Positions 19,294-28,713 are shown, counted from the stretch's first letter. The stretch is 64,000 nt of DNA from Candidatus Cloacimonadales bacterium (GCA_963667035.1 OY762964.1:128001-192000), one strand, 5' to 3'. Notes: generated from the sequence alone by a model not told the origin. Program-made: numbers and translations.

Positions 19294-21096
19294 ATGAGCT
19301 TAAAAGATGTAATATCTCCATTATATGTATGGAAAAGAGCTTTTGAAAAACCCTATTCCATAAAGACCCTGAAAGAACCGAGAATCGGAGCTGACAGATA
19401 CAGAGGATTTCACAAGAATGATTTGGATAAGTGCATTGGCTGTGGCTCATGTGCAGAGATATGCCAGAATGTATCGATTGAGATGAGACCTGTTTCCGAA
19501 ACTAAACACGGCGATAGCGGTCTTAGACCTAAAATAGATTACGGTCGCTGTTGTTGGTGTGCTCTTTGTGTGGATATATGCCCGTCAGGTTCCCTTACTA
19601 TGTCCAATGAATATATCTGGGTAGAAGAAGGTCTGGATAAAGATACAAGAGAAACATACTGCTATATTCCTGGAAAGGATGAGAAACCGTGGGATAATAA
19701 CGAAAAAGGCTACCAAAGACCTAAAGGTTATGAACTGACCAACTTGAAAAGAGTGGAAATGGATCAGTTACCGGCCGATGAAAGAGTAAAGTCATTCATT
19801 GAGATGGTTAAGGGCTTCTCTAAAGAGCAGGCAAAGAAAGAAGCCGACCGATGTATTGAGTGTGGTGTTTGTACCGCTACATGTCCCGGACACATGGATA
19901 TCCCAGGTTATATCAGAGCTATCAGAGAGGACAATCTGGAAGAAGGTTTCCGTATAATCTATGAGACAAATCCTCTTCCGGGAGTATGCGGAAGAATCTG
20001 TACAAGGCGTTGTGAAGAAGTATGCTCTCTTTCTCTTAGAGGAGAAGCGGTTTCAATAAGATGGTTGAAGAGATACATCATTGATAGTGTCGAGTCCATT
20101 GAGTATAAAGAGATTCTATCGGATAAGGTTCAACCTACCGGCAAGAAGATTGCTATTGTAGGAGCAGGTCCCGGTGGATTAAGTGCAGCATACTATCTAC
20201 TTCGTATGGGACATCAAGTCGAGATATATGAGAAGGATAGTGGTGCAGGCGGTATGCTCAGATATGGTATACCTGAATACAGATTGCCTTATGAGATGCT
20301 TGATAAAGACATAAACTTTATTGTCGAGTTAGGTGCCATACTTCATCTTGGTGTTCAGGTTGGTAAAGACATAAGCTTCGATAACCTTTATGATAACTAC
20401 GATGCTATTTTTGCCAGTATTGGTCTTTCAGACTCTTACAAAATAGGCATAGAAGGTGAAGACCTACCGGGAGTAACATCGGGACTTTCAGTGTTAAGAG
20501 ACGTTACGGAAGGGAAAGACCCTAACCTTGGAGATAATGTAGTCGTGATAGGTGGTGGTAACGTGGCAATGGATGCTGCAAGAACAGCTCGACACTTAGG
20601 GTGTAATGTTACGGTGCTTTATCGAAGAAGACTCGAAGATATGCCTGCTGATAAGGAAGAGATTCACGAAGCTATGGAAGAGGGAGTTTATTTCCAATTC
20701 CAAGGTATTCCGCTTAAGATTGAACAATCAGGTGACAAGCTTGATTTCATTTGGGGTGAAGCTGAAATGGTCGATAAAGGTGACGGCAAGCGTCCGGCTC
20801 CTGTTCTTATAGAAGGTAGTAAAAATGTGATTAAAGCTACCAAAGTCATTGCTGCGATCGGTCAGGAAGCTAACTACCAGTGGCTTGAAGGAGAAACTTC
20901 CAAGCAGGTTAAACTCGGTAAGCGTAATATTGAAGCTGACAGATGGGGTAAGACTGACGATCCCAAGATTTACGTTGGTGGAGATATGTTCAATCGAACT
21001 GCCGACGCTATCAGTGCTATTGCCGATGGACACCGTTCAGCACGTGCTATCGATAGTTATCTTAGCGGAGAAGAATTCCCTAAAAATAGATTTTAG
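19294..21096 (+). CDS. NuoI/MbxN 2[4Fe-4S] domain fused to GltD/NfnB-like FAD-NAD(P)H oxidoreductase
   Basis: CIGCGSCAEIC and CCWCALCVDICP; then EA.RCIEC...C...CP, CGRIC...CE..C, GAGPGG, GGGNVAMD..R, YRR. Confidence 0.92.
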   Translation: MSLKDVISPLYVWKRAFEKPYSIKTLKEPRIGADRYRGFHKNDLDKCIGCGSCAEICQNVSIEMRPVSETKHGDSGLRPKIDYGRCCWCALCVDICPSGSLTMSNEYIWVEEGLDKDTRETYCYIPGKDEKPWDNNEKGYQRPKGYELTNLKRVEMDQLPADERVKSFIEMVKGFSKEQAKKEADRCIECGVCTATCPGHMDIPGYIRAIREDNLEEGFRIIYETNPLPGVCGRICTRRCEEVCSLSLRGEAVSIRWLKRYIIDSVESIEYKEILSDKVQPTGKKIAIVGAGPGGLSAAYYLLRMGHQVEIYEKDSGAGGMLRYGIPEYRLPYEMLDKDINFIVELGAILHLGVQVGKDISFDNLYDNYDAIFASIGLSDSYKIGIEGEDLPGVTSGLSVLRDVTEGKDPNLGDNVVVIGGGNVAMDAARTARHLGCNVTVLYRRRLEDMPADKEEIHEAMEEGVYFQFQGIPLKIEQSGDKLDFIWGEAEMVDKGDGKRPAPVLIEGSKNVIKATKVIAAIGQEANYQWLEGETSKQVKLGKRNIEADRWGKTDDPKIYVGGDMFNRTADAISAIADGHRSARAIDSYLSGEEFPKNRF

Positions 21097-21104
21097 TATA
21101 AACC

Positions 21105-21165
21105 GGGGGCACGGACATCCCTGTCCGCTCTCCCTAATATGCCGGCTGGAAGCCGGCGTACCTGG
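21105..21165. repeat. REP-like palindrome pair
   Basis: CGGACAtcccTGTCCG and TGCCGGCTggaAGCCGGCGTACC; same family as the units at 26.5-29.2 kb. Confidence 0.75.
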
Positions 21166-21169
21166 TTAT

Positions 21170-21196
21170 AAAAGCGGACTTGATGTCCGCTTTTTT
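21170..21196 (+). terminator. Rho-independent terminator of the Mbx-like operon (probably bidirectional)
   Basis: AAAAGCGGAC-TTGAT-GTCCGCTTTTTT. Confidence 0.8.
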
Positions 21197-22161
21197 ACAA
21201 ATGAATGAAATACTTTATCCTCGAAGTTTTATTCAGCTCTAACCATTTATTTATAACTGGATTTCTAATCTTCCAATTGGATCGAAGGGCTTTTGCTAAT
21301 ATAATTAAATGCTTTTCGATAAAGATTCTGTTTAAGCTTGTAGGTGTTTTATCATAGTATTACTCAAGAATTTGGATGTAATAGTCTTGATACTTTTGGG
21401 GCCATTTTTTTTCTTTGAGAATATTGGAAAGAATGAGTGAAAGCGAAGATATGGCATATTCAAGTTTCGCTTCATCTTTTCTTAATATTTTCATTAATAA
21501 AGCAACAAAAGCAATCTCATTCTGATCTTTTTTATATAGTTTGACTAACAATGATTTGTTGATCAGTAGAAACTGATGCATATCACTTATCAATGAAAGA
21601 TCATTAAAAGAGAATAAGGAAGAACCTTTTTAATATTCTTTAAACTCCTCAAACTTGTTTAGGGATTCTTTTAATGCAAAATACATCTTATATATTTCCT
21701 CAACAGTCCAGTTTAAAAACACTTTTTTGTCTGTCCTTTTAAATGTATCTGATACATTAAAATAGTAACCTCCGTCACTTCTCCATTTCCCATTTGTATG
21801 AATACCATAAAAAAAACAACATTCTATCATTCTCTAGAAAGCTCTTACGAAACTTATTATCTATAGTAGGTCTATTGTCCGATTACTCCAAAATCAATTT
21901 CCAGTATTTCATATTATCTAAAGAAAAACTAGTGTCGTCAATCTTCTTTTTTATGTCTGATTTTAGAGATTTGCTAACTTCTAAATTGTAATAATGAATT
22001 CTCAATAAATCATTATTAGAAAGAGTCTCCTTTAATAATAATTCATTGATAACTGGTTCAATGTATCTATTAAAATTTTTATATATCTTGAATGCTGAGT
22101 AAACAAGTTTACCCATCACTCCTGAGAAGGCTTCGAAGGGTTCCATCATGAAGACTTCCAT
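21195..22161 (-). pseudogene. Decayed ~320-codon chimeric gene of unknown function
   Basis: Track ORFs 22161-21883, 21830-21630 and 21593-21360 join through three in-frame TAA codons (21883, 21630, 21360) and one frameshift in an A8 run (21809-21816). The frame ends at the TAA at 21195-21197. The first ~22 codons match the N-terminus of the 26721 protein. Confidence 0.65.
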
Positions 22162-22320
22162 TTTGGATTACCGTTATCGCCTGGGAGTGATCAACTCTCC
22201 TACGCGATCCTTTTCTTGTATTTACCCTTCTGCAGTTAGGTATTAGTTTTAGATGCTAAATGCTTAATTATAAATGCTGAATTGGTATTGTGTTTCTTGT
22301 TTTTGTTTTTAATTTAGCTT

Positions 22321-22441
22321 TTAGCATTTACAATTTAGCATTGTATTTGCATTCAACTATAGATTATAGACTATTAACTATCACCTGTGAGATCTCGTCT
22401 CACTATCCCTTGCTCACAATATGCCCGGTTTAGTCACAAAA
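22321..22441 (-). repeat. Left copy of conserved upstream motif plus AATGCTA-type heptamer block (inverted relative to 26314-26390)
   Basis: Reverse complement of 22398-22441 matches 26314-26357 at 37/44 nt; reverse complement of 22321-22342 matches 26369-26390 exactly. Confidence 0.85.
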
Positions 22442-22523
22442 TGGTAAAGTTTTTTATCCCCTGTTGAATTACAATTCTATAAATAAAAGAGTATATAGTT
22501 TTTTTCTAATTGCCTCTTTCTAT

Positions 22524-25382
22524 TTAGTTTTGTCTCTTTCGAGTTTTTAAACCTAAGAAATATTTATAAAGATATGCTATGCTATATTTTTTCCTTCCCC
22601 CATAAGTATGCTTTTCAGAGATTATACCATTTACAATTAACAAATCTTTTAAATCGTCTGGATTATCATGTGTAATATTCTGGTTCATTCTTATTATTTC
22701 TCTGAGAATCTCATAAAACTCTCTCTTTAAAAAATGATTATACTTATATTTACTATAATGGGGCAAATCTCTGAAATAGTCGATCACTACTTGTAAATCC
22801 TTATTCCCAGCTTCAGCAGCAAGGTCATTAAAATGATTTTTCACAGCTTCACCTCTAGCATCTGGAGAAGCATAGTACAGTGGTGATAGAATTGGGTTAA
22901 CATTACTATCATTACTAATCATAAATATATCTATAGCTTTCTTGATTAAATCAAGTAAAGGTCTTATACTCATAGTTGAATCTGCATTCTTTAAATTCCT
23001 AAAGAACCATTCATAACTTGATCCGTAAAATGCTATATTATCCCCTCTTCTATCAGCCGATTCTCCAAAAAATGAGTTAACATACGGCAACAAAATATCT
23101 TTATTGACAGGTATCTGATTATTATCAAAACTTCTTTCACTGGTTCCCTTTTTGACAAGATTATTGTTCTCATAATATTTTAACATACCCCTAAAGTCAT
23201 TTCCTACAGAAGCAAAAACCCATTTAAAGAAGAAACTCATGATTTCATCTTTATCCCACTCTAAATCAATGTTCTGAGATTTTAATTCTTGCTTATTGGT
23301 AATATTTCTCAATTTATTGAATAAATCTGTTCTAATAAATATTTTTGAGTAAATGTTTTCAAATGGGGATGTTCTCCAATACTTTATCAAGGGAGAAACA
23401 CACTTATCCCAATGAATTGGTAAAGCAACAAAATCTAATTGGTCAATCAGTATTAATAGCTTTGTTTTCCTTTCGTAAAGCCAGTTATCTACATATTTTA
23501 AACACTTTTCAAAGTAATTTACAACCTCATAATTGTTAATACACTTATCAAAATGAATTTTCATCTCACTTGTGTCAGTTATTGGTTTCATATATTTTTC
23601 AATAAAAGAACGCTCAATAGGTATTTTCCTATTTTTAATCTCAATAAATATTACATGCCATAAGTAAACTATCCAGAAGGCATTAAAGTATACTTCAGGA
23701 TCTTTTATTTCATCTACTTTTATCCATTTAGCAATTGTGAATAATCTATCTCGTTTATGATCACTCTGAACGGAAACAAGAGGAATCGTAATAATTTTAT
23801 CCATTATTTGAGCTTTACTCTTTAACTTCATCATGAACTTTTCATTTTGCAATGCCTTGTATAAGAAGGTTTTCCCTGTTCCTTTACTACCAATGAGCAA
23901 GAAATGCTTTTTTTGGAAAATATTATACATTTTAACTCTGTAGTAAAAATACTTATCAAGATATTCATCTGTGAAGATAATATCTTCAGCATACAAATCT
24001 AAACACTCTTCTTTCATTGTATTAAGTAGGTTTTTTCTTACATCTAAAACATTCTTATCTGAGACATTAGTAATTGCATTAATTCTATCAACATCTTCTT
24101 TTGTTTCTTCCAGTAGCTGCTTAGATATTGAATCCTTTAAACGATGTTGCAGTGAATTAAATAAATCGTTATAGTCATTAAATGCTTTCCTCGAAATTAA
24201 ATGTATAAAATTGTCTTTATTCTCAATGGAAGTTCCAATTTTACTTAACGTACTATTTCTAGTAATATTAAAGCACTCAATGATTGGAGGATCATCATCA
24301 ATATCAGCTTCAAATAGTTCTAAGATATATTGATCAATATCTTCTTTGAATTCATTGAATAGAGACCAATCATCATTAATTGCATTAACTATAAATGATT
24401 CTTTATTTACTCTGTTCTTTAAAGAATTTTCAATAAAAAAATATAGACCTGGTAAAGTTTGCTTATTGTTTCCGAAAAATCCAACGTTTATTTTTGATAA
24501 TCCGTTTGCTAAAAATGCAAAAATATCATTAAATCCTGTCCTACTATCTACTAATATAACATCAGGAGAATATTTACTACTTTCAAGCTTATTTAACATC
24601 AAAGTAAATTTATTTACAAGATGTTCTGAATCAGTAATATCTAAACGAGCTAAACCTTCTAGATAATGATCAATATTTCGATTTAATAAGTGATTATCAC
24701 CTTCAATAATACTTTCATCTAAATTCCCTGCTAACATCATATAAATTGAGCCTTCTCCTGAATACTCTTTATCAATTTCAAGTACATAATCCTCTACATT
24801 CACATTTTGCTCATATTGTGAATCCATTAAGTATTCCACAATCCCATTATGATGCTGCTGTGAAGATTGCCCTATACCGTAAAAGTTAGAATAACCTGGT
24901 GCTTCAAAATCACAATCTAAAATTAGCACTTTGTACTTACAATGAATTGACAAGTAAGATGCGAAACTTGCAAGGGTTGTACTTCTTCCAAGACCTCCTT
25001 TGTAACTGTAAAAAGTTACAATAGGTGTTTGCTGATATTGCATCAATTCAGGACAATTAAATTTGTCAATAATATGTGAAAGTCGTCTTCTGTATCCTAA
25101 ATCAATACGATTAACTTGAGAATTTGGATCTTTCAATTTATTAAACAAATCACTGTAATAAGAGTCATGCTGTAATCTTTCTTCATCGATAAGTTCAAAA
25201 AACGCTTTAGTTTTAATAAATACTTTTTCCACTCGTTTGTCATAACACTCATTATGAAAAATTATCACGTTAATTTGACCATTTACATTCAAAGTTATTC
25301 TGAAATCTACGATTAATCTTTCTTGTACAAAACGAGAAAGCTCATTGTTTAAATAATTTATTTGCTTGAAAACAAGTATCAT
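22524..25382 (-). CDS. Large double P-loop ATPase: ParA/MinD-like KGGxGR-variant domain plus second P-loop NTPase; putative defence protein
   Basis: TFYSYKGGLGRST, LDCDFEAPG, VDSRTGF; second Walker A GSKGTGKT and Walker B-like LILIDQLD; KIFIRTD. Confidence 0.8.
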   Translation of the reverse strand: MILVFKQINYLNNELSRFVQERLIVDFRITLNVNGQINVIIFHNECYDKRVEKVFIKTKAFFELIDEERLQHDSYYSDLFNKLKDPNSQVNRIDLGYRRRLSHIIDKFNCPELMQYQQTPIVTFYSYKGGLGRSTTLASFASYLSIHCKYKVLILDCDFEAPGYSNFYGIGQSSQQHHNGIVEYLMDSQYEQNVNVEDYVLEIDKEYSGEGSIYMMLAGNLDESIIEGDNHLLNRNIDHYLEGLARLDITDSEHLVNKFTLMLNKLESSKYSPDVILVDSRTGFNDIFAFLANGLSKINVGFFGNNKQTLPGLYFFIENSLKNRVNKESFIVNAINDDWSLFNEFKEDIDQYILELFEADIDDDPPIIECFNITRNSTLSKIGTSIENKDNFIHLISRKAFNDYNDLFNSLQHRLKDSISKQLLEETKEDVDRINAITNVSDKNVLDVRKNLLNTMKEECLDLYAEDIIFTDEYLDKYFYYRVKMYNIFQKKHFLLIGSKGTGKTFLYKALQNEKFMMKLKSKAQIMDKIITIPLVSVQSDHKRDRLFTIAKWIKVDEIKDPEVYFNAFWIVYLWHVIFIEIKNRKIPIERSFIEKYMKPITDTSEMKIHFDKCINNYEVVNYFEKCLKYVDNWLYERKTKLLILIDQLDFVALPIHWDKCVSPLIKYWRTSPFENIYSKIFIRTDLFNKLRNITNKQELKSQNIDLEWDKDEIMSFFFKWVFASVGNDFRGMLKYYENNNLVKKGTSERSFDNNQIPVNKDILLPYVNSFFGESADRRGDNIAFYGSSYEWFFRNLKNADSTMSIRPLLDLIKKAIDIFMISNDSNVNPILSPLYYASPDARGEAVKNHFNDLAAEAGNKDLQVVIDYFRDLPHYSKYKYNHFLKREFYEILREIIRMNQNITHDNPDDLKDLLIVNGIISEKHTYGGRKKYSIAYLYKYFLGLKTRKRQN

Positions 25383-25391
25383 TATTTCTCC

Positions 25392-25898
25392 TTAAGGTGT
25401 TATGTGCTGGAGTATCTCGCTTCTATATTTTGTAGCAATGTTTAAAAAAGTATCAACATCATTTTCAGATATAGTTTGAGTGTTATTACAATATCGAGTC
25501 TTAATATTCCAACTTTTTACAATTGAAGGAATTACTTTGTTATATGTTTTGTCCAATAGTAAGACTTGTTTCGAAGATCGGCAATTACAAAGGATCCATT
25601 GTAATTTTTTTTCTATATCATGCCTATAAATCTGCAACACACTTGGATTTTGTCTATTTCTAAAAGCAACTGTACTTTCATTGAGGCTGTATAAAGAACT
25701 ACTTCTAGGATAATTAGATAACTCATATATGCAATATGAAGATATGCATTCTATAATGTGTCCAGCTAGATAGAATACATTGAGATTAATCATGTTTCTT
25801 TCGGAATTACTGGCAAGATTATTTCTTACTTTAACTAGCTCTTGGCAGTTGAACATAATTCTATAGGCAGAATCTTTGTAAACAAGATGACTACTCAT
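25392..25898 (-). CDS. HEPN-like protein (putative RNase effector)
   Basis: FYLAGHIIEC, RHDI and W...RY motifs typical of HEPN-like helical proteins; RBS AGGAG before the ATG at 25898; 9 bp from the ATPase gene. Confidence 0.65.
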   Translation of the reverse strand: MSSHLVYKDSAYRIMFNCQELVKVRNNLASNSERNMINLNVFYLAGHIIECISSYCIYELSNYPRSSSLYSLNESTVAFRNRQNPSVLQIYRHDIEKKLQWILCNCRSSKQVLLLDKTYNKVIPSIVKSWNIKTRYCNNTQTISENDVDTFLNIATKYRSEILQHITP

Positions 25899-26063
25899 TC
25901 TACTTGCACTCCTTAACACAAATTGATAACTTGAGTTTCTAATGTCAACTTATTTTTAGGTTGTATTATAAACTAGAAAAGTAAAACCTCTTTTTTTACA
26001 ATTGCTTAGAAGCATATATCCCAATTCTATTAAATCAAGCTAGTCTTCCTCATTTCTCCCTCA

Positions 26064-26213
26064 TCTCCCGGCAGTAATTCCTGTGAGACACTAGGGAAAC
26101 CCTTGTGAAACACTCGGGTAATCCTTGGGTTAAATACCAAGAAGTAACCAATTTGTTAATAAGTTAAAATTAAAATGAGAACACTAATTACTACAGAGCG
26201 TAGAGAGGGAGAA
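26064..26213. repeat. Second copy of the 11-bp periodic inverted element
   Basis: Shares GCAGTAATTC, GGGTAATCCTTGGGTTAA, CCAATTT and CACT.ATTACT with 9846-9981; five 11-mers at 26080-26134. Confidence 0.8.
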
Positions 26214-26256
26214 GAAATGCAAATGAAGAATAAAAGATTAAGAATGAAGAATTAAA

Positions 26257-26481
26257 CCACCCCGTCGACAAGTCTCCACCCTTCCATAGAGGGGAATTAA
26301 AAAAAGTTTGGGGTTTTGTGACTAAAACGAGGATTTTGTGAGCAAGGATAAGTGAGAGAGGAAAATAAAATGCTAAATTGTAAATGCTAAATGCTTAATG
26401 TTAAAAGCAAAGAGAATGCAAGATGCAAAATGATAAGAAACCATCCCGTCGACAAGTCGCTACCCCTCCACAGAGGGGAAT
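26257..26481. repeat. Two copies of a ~41-nt REP-like unit CCAYCCCGTCGACAAGTC...CCCYTCCA.AGAGGGGAAT
   Basis: Copies at about 26257-26297 and 26441-26481. Confidence 0.8.
26314..26390 (+). repeat. Right copy of conserved upstream motif plus heptamer block
   Basis: TTTTGTGACTAAAACGAGGATTTTGTGAGCAAGGATAAGTGAGA then AATGCTAAATTGTAAATGCTAA. Confidence 0.85.
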
Positions 26482-26514
26482 GGTTCTACTTCACTAAAGC
26501 TATGTTCTGACTTT

Positions 26515-26650
26515 ATAGCTCTGCGAGCTATGTGCAAGTGAGGGTACTTGCACTACAAACTGGGTACGCCGGCTTCTAGCCGGCAACTCTTTGCGGACAG
26601 GATGTCCGCATTCCGTTAAGATGCGAGCTGGAAGCTCGCGTACCCGGTAA
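26515..26650. repeat. Composite multi-hairpin REP/BIME-like unit, copy A
   Basis: Consecutive stems ATAGCTC/GAGCTAT, GTGCAAGT/ACTTGCAC, GCCGGCT/AGCCGGC, GCGGACA/TGTCCGC, GCGAGCT/AGCTCGC. Confidence 0.9.
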
Positions 26651-26720
26651 ACTTAGGAGTACATTGACTGTGTCAATGCACTCCGAAACAATTATAAACC
26701 AATCAAATAAGGAGATCATT

Positions 26721-27176
26721 ATGAAAAGTTATTTAGGATTCCCTTTCAAATCGATGTCCGGCAAACATGGAAAGCTTGTGTATTGCTGTGATGAAGATGG
26801 AAACATCATGTGGGTTCGAGAGTTTGTAATGCCGGAGATTACCGAGCATAATCACTACATGGGCAATGTTTCTAAACAGCTTGCAGTTTTCAAAAGTCTG
26901 CTCAATCCGGAGTATATCAATGATTTGAAAGATTATACCGATCGGTACAAACTAAGTTACCGACACAAATGTAGACCACCGAGTTATTCGGCGTTACTTA
27001 GAAAGATGATGTTTCAACTCAAAAAGAATGGTTATCCCGTTGATTTGTTAACAGTAACCCCGCAAGTAGTAGTAGATATCGGATTACCAATAAGGACAGT
27101 GAAAGAAGCAATTGAAAACGAATTGTTACCAATGATTCCGCGATATGATGATTTGACGCATTGGATTGTGGAGTGA
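26721..27176 (+). CDS. Hypothetical protein with N-terminal PFxxxSGKxGKLVY motif (reminiscent of DUF6266-like proteins)
   Basis: Strong RBS AAGGAG before the ATG at 26721; 151 aa. Family resemblance is from recall only. Confidence 0.7.
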   Translation: MKSYLGFPFKSMSGKHGKLVYCCDEDGNIMWVREFVMPEITEHNHYMGNVSKQLAVFKSLLNPEYINDLKDYTDRYKLSYRHKCRPPSYSALLRKMMFQLKKNGYPVDLLTVTPQVVVDIGLPIRTVKEAIENELLPMIPRYDDLTHWIVE

Positions 27177-27186
27177 AAAGGGGCGC

Positions 27187-27544
27187 CCCCTTTAGGGTCG
27201 TTGGTCATTGGGTACTCGTTTCCATGGGCTAAAGCACCATGGCTATTAATAGGTTATCCCTTCAGGATGGGGATATTAGTACTGCAACTCCCCTGAGTTG
27301 CTGTGACGACGAAGTCGGCAGATATAAAAAATCAACTAAAGTATATTTAGAATGTGATATAGCTCTGCGAGCTATGTGCAAGTGAGGGCACTTGCACTAC
27401 AAATCGGGACCGCAGGCTTCTAGTCGGCAACTCTCTGCGGACAAGATGTCCGCGTTCCTACAAGATGCGAGCTAGAAGCTCGCGTACCTGGTAAGATGTC
27501 TGCGTTCCTACAAGATGCGAGCAGGATGCTCGCGTACCCGGTAA
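27187..27544. repeat. Composite repeat block 1 (CCATGGG-type palindrome, linker, multi-hairpin copy B at 27359-27544)
   Basis: Directly repeated at 28734-29155, including an identical GATATTAGTACTGCAACTCCCCTGAGTTGCTGTGACGACGAAGTCGGCAGATATAAAA. Confidence 0.9.
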
Positions 27545-27545
27545 A

Positions 27546-27570
27546 ATGGCGACCGATATACGGTCGCCAT
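27546..27570 (-). terminator. Hairpin terminator after the 28183-27581 gene
   Basis: ATGGCGACCG-ATATA-CGGTCGCCAT, followed by a T-run on the minus strand. Confidence 0.7.
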
Positions 27571-27580
27571 ATTTACATGA

Positions 27581-28183
27581 TTAACATTTAAACTCGTCTT
27601 TGATTACAATCTCTAAGGAACTATCCCTCTCCGGATTAAAGCTAACAGAGAAACCTACATCAATTGTATTCTTTAGATACTTATGTAATTGGGGACTATT
27701 CTCTTCAAAGGATGCAATCAATCTTCTGAAGGTGTTGTACATACTGTGGTTGACTTTCCTGATAAATGAATCCAAGTATTTCTCTTTACAGGTCATACTA
27801 CCTATAAGATTGCCAATCTTATTCATTTTATCCCTATAATATTCAGCTTCAACATCTGAGTTTTCCATACTCTTCTGCCAACGCTCTTCTTCCAGTTCTT
27901 TGTAGATACTATACAATAAACGACCACAAGCTTGTTCTTCTTCCGCCATTTTGTAACACCTTTTTATATAGTCTCCCCGCATTACATTCAGATAATCAAG
28001 ATAGGGAATAGGGTTGACATCAAAAGCTTTGAAGAGTAGATTTAGTCGTGACATCGGAATTGATTGTCCGGGATGTATAAGTACTTCAATAAAATATTGA
28101 ATTACTTCCACTTTGAGAAAGATAGGAAACGGGTGTTCCTGTGTTAAGATATACCCATGACCTATAGTAATTACATAAATCAC
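27581..28183 (-). CDS. Hypothetical helical protein resembling the C-terminal putative DNA-binding domain of large ATPase regulators
   Basis: GTG start with RBS GGAGG. Motifs Y..EVLIHPGQ.I and RK......F.R.I..F....PQL..YL.NTI..G...SF.PE recall that domain (recall only). Confidence 0.55.
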   Translation of the reverse strand: MIYVITIGHGYILTQEHPFPIFLKVEVIQYFIEVLIHPGQSIPMSRLNLLFKAFDVNPIPYLDYLNVMRGDYIKRCYKMAEEEQACGRLLYSIYKELEEERWQKSMENSDVEAEYYRDKMNKIGNLIGSMTCKEKYLDSFIRKVNHSMYNTFRRLIASFEENSPQLHKYLKNTIDVGFSVSFNPERDSSLEIVIKDEFKC

Positions 28184-28288
28184 GATATCCTCCCAATGAG
28201 GGTAAAAGAGTTATAGTCTTGAGATGAGGATACGCTTTAACGATTTACGGGTTTGGGCAGTGAATCCTTAACAACTACCCTTATCTCC

Positions 28289-28387
28289 CTATGAATGCGA
28301 CGACAAATGTTTTAAATCCAAGGCTGGATTTACCGTTGTTAAAGAAGCCACAACGGGCCATAAAATTACGGCATAACAATTGCTCAT
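28289..28387 (-). CDS. Putative 32-aa small protein MSNCYAVILWPVVASLTTVNPALDLKHLSSHS
   Basis: Strong RBS AAGGAGG before the ATG at 28387; in frame with the downstream gene but separated from it by stops. Confidence 0.3.
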   Translation of the reverse strand: MSNCYAVILWPVVASLTTVNPALDLKHLSSHS

Positions 28388-28527
28388 AACTCCTCCTTTA
28401 TAATATAATGCTATTTTTGTACAAATCGTTTGGATTGTCAAATAGAATATTTATGTCTAAAATGTTGGATGGTATAAGAAAGCACAACATGTACGATAAC
28501 TCCCTTTAGTTGCTGTGATGAGAAAAT

Positions 28528-28713
28528 ATAGCTCTGTGAGCTATGTGCAAGTGGGGGTGCTTACACTACAAACCGGGACCGCAGGCTTCTAGCCGGCAAC
28601 TCTTTGCGAACAGGATGTTGGTGTTCCTACAAGATGCGAGCTGGAAGCTCGCGTACCCAGTAAGATGTCTGCGTTCCTGCAAGATGCGAGCTGGAAGCTC
28701 GCGTACCCGGTAA
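28528..28713. repeat. Composite multi-hairpin REP/BIME-like unit, copy C
   Basis: Same hairpin order as copy A with a duplicated GCGAGCTGGAAGCTCGCGTACC unit. Confidence 0.9.

Noticed and set aside
21195..22161. TAA stop-codon recoding
   Set aside because: TAA terminates many intact genes here, the locus also needs a frameshift, and TAA is the most likely nonsense mutation in AT-rich DNA.
22524..25382. Chromosome-partition ParA or BY-kinase
   Set aside because: No parB nearby, the protein is far larger with a second P-loop domain, and the Walker A is the KGGxGR variant.
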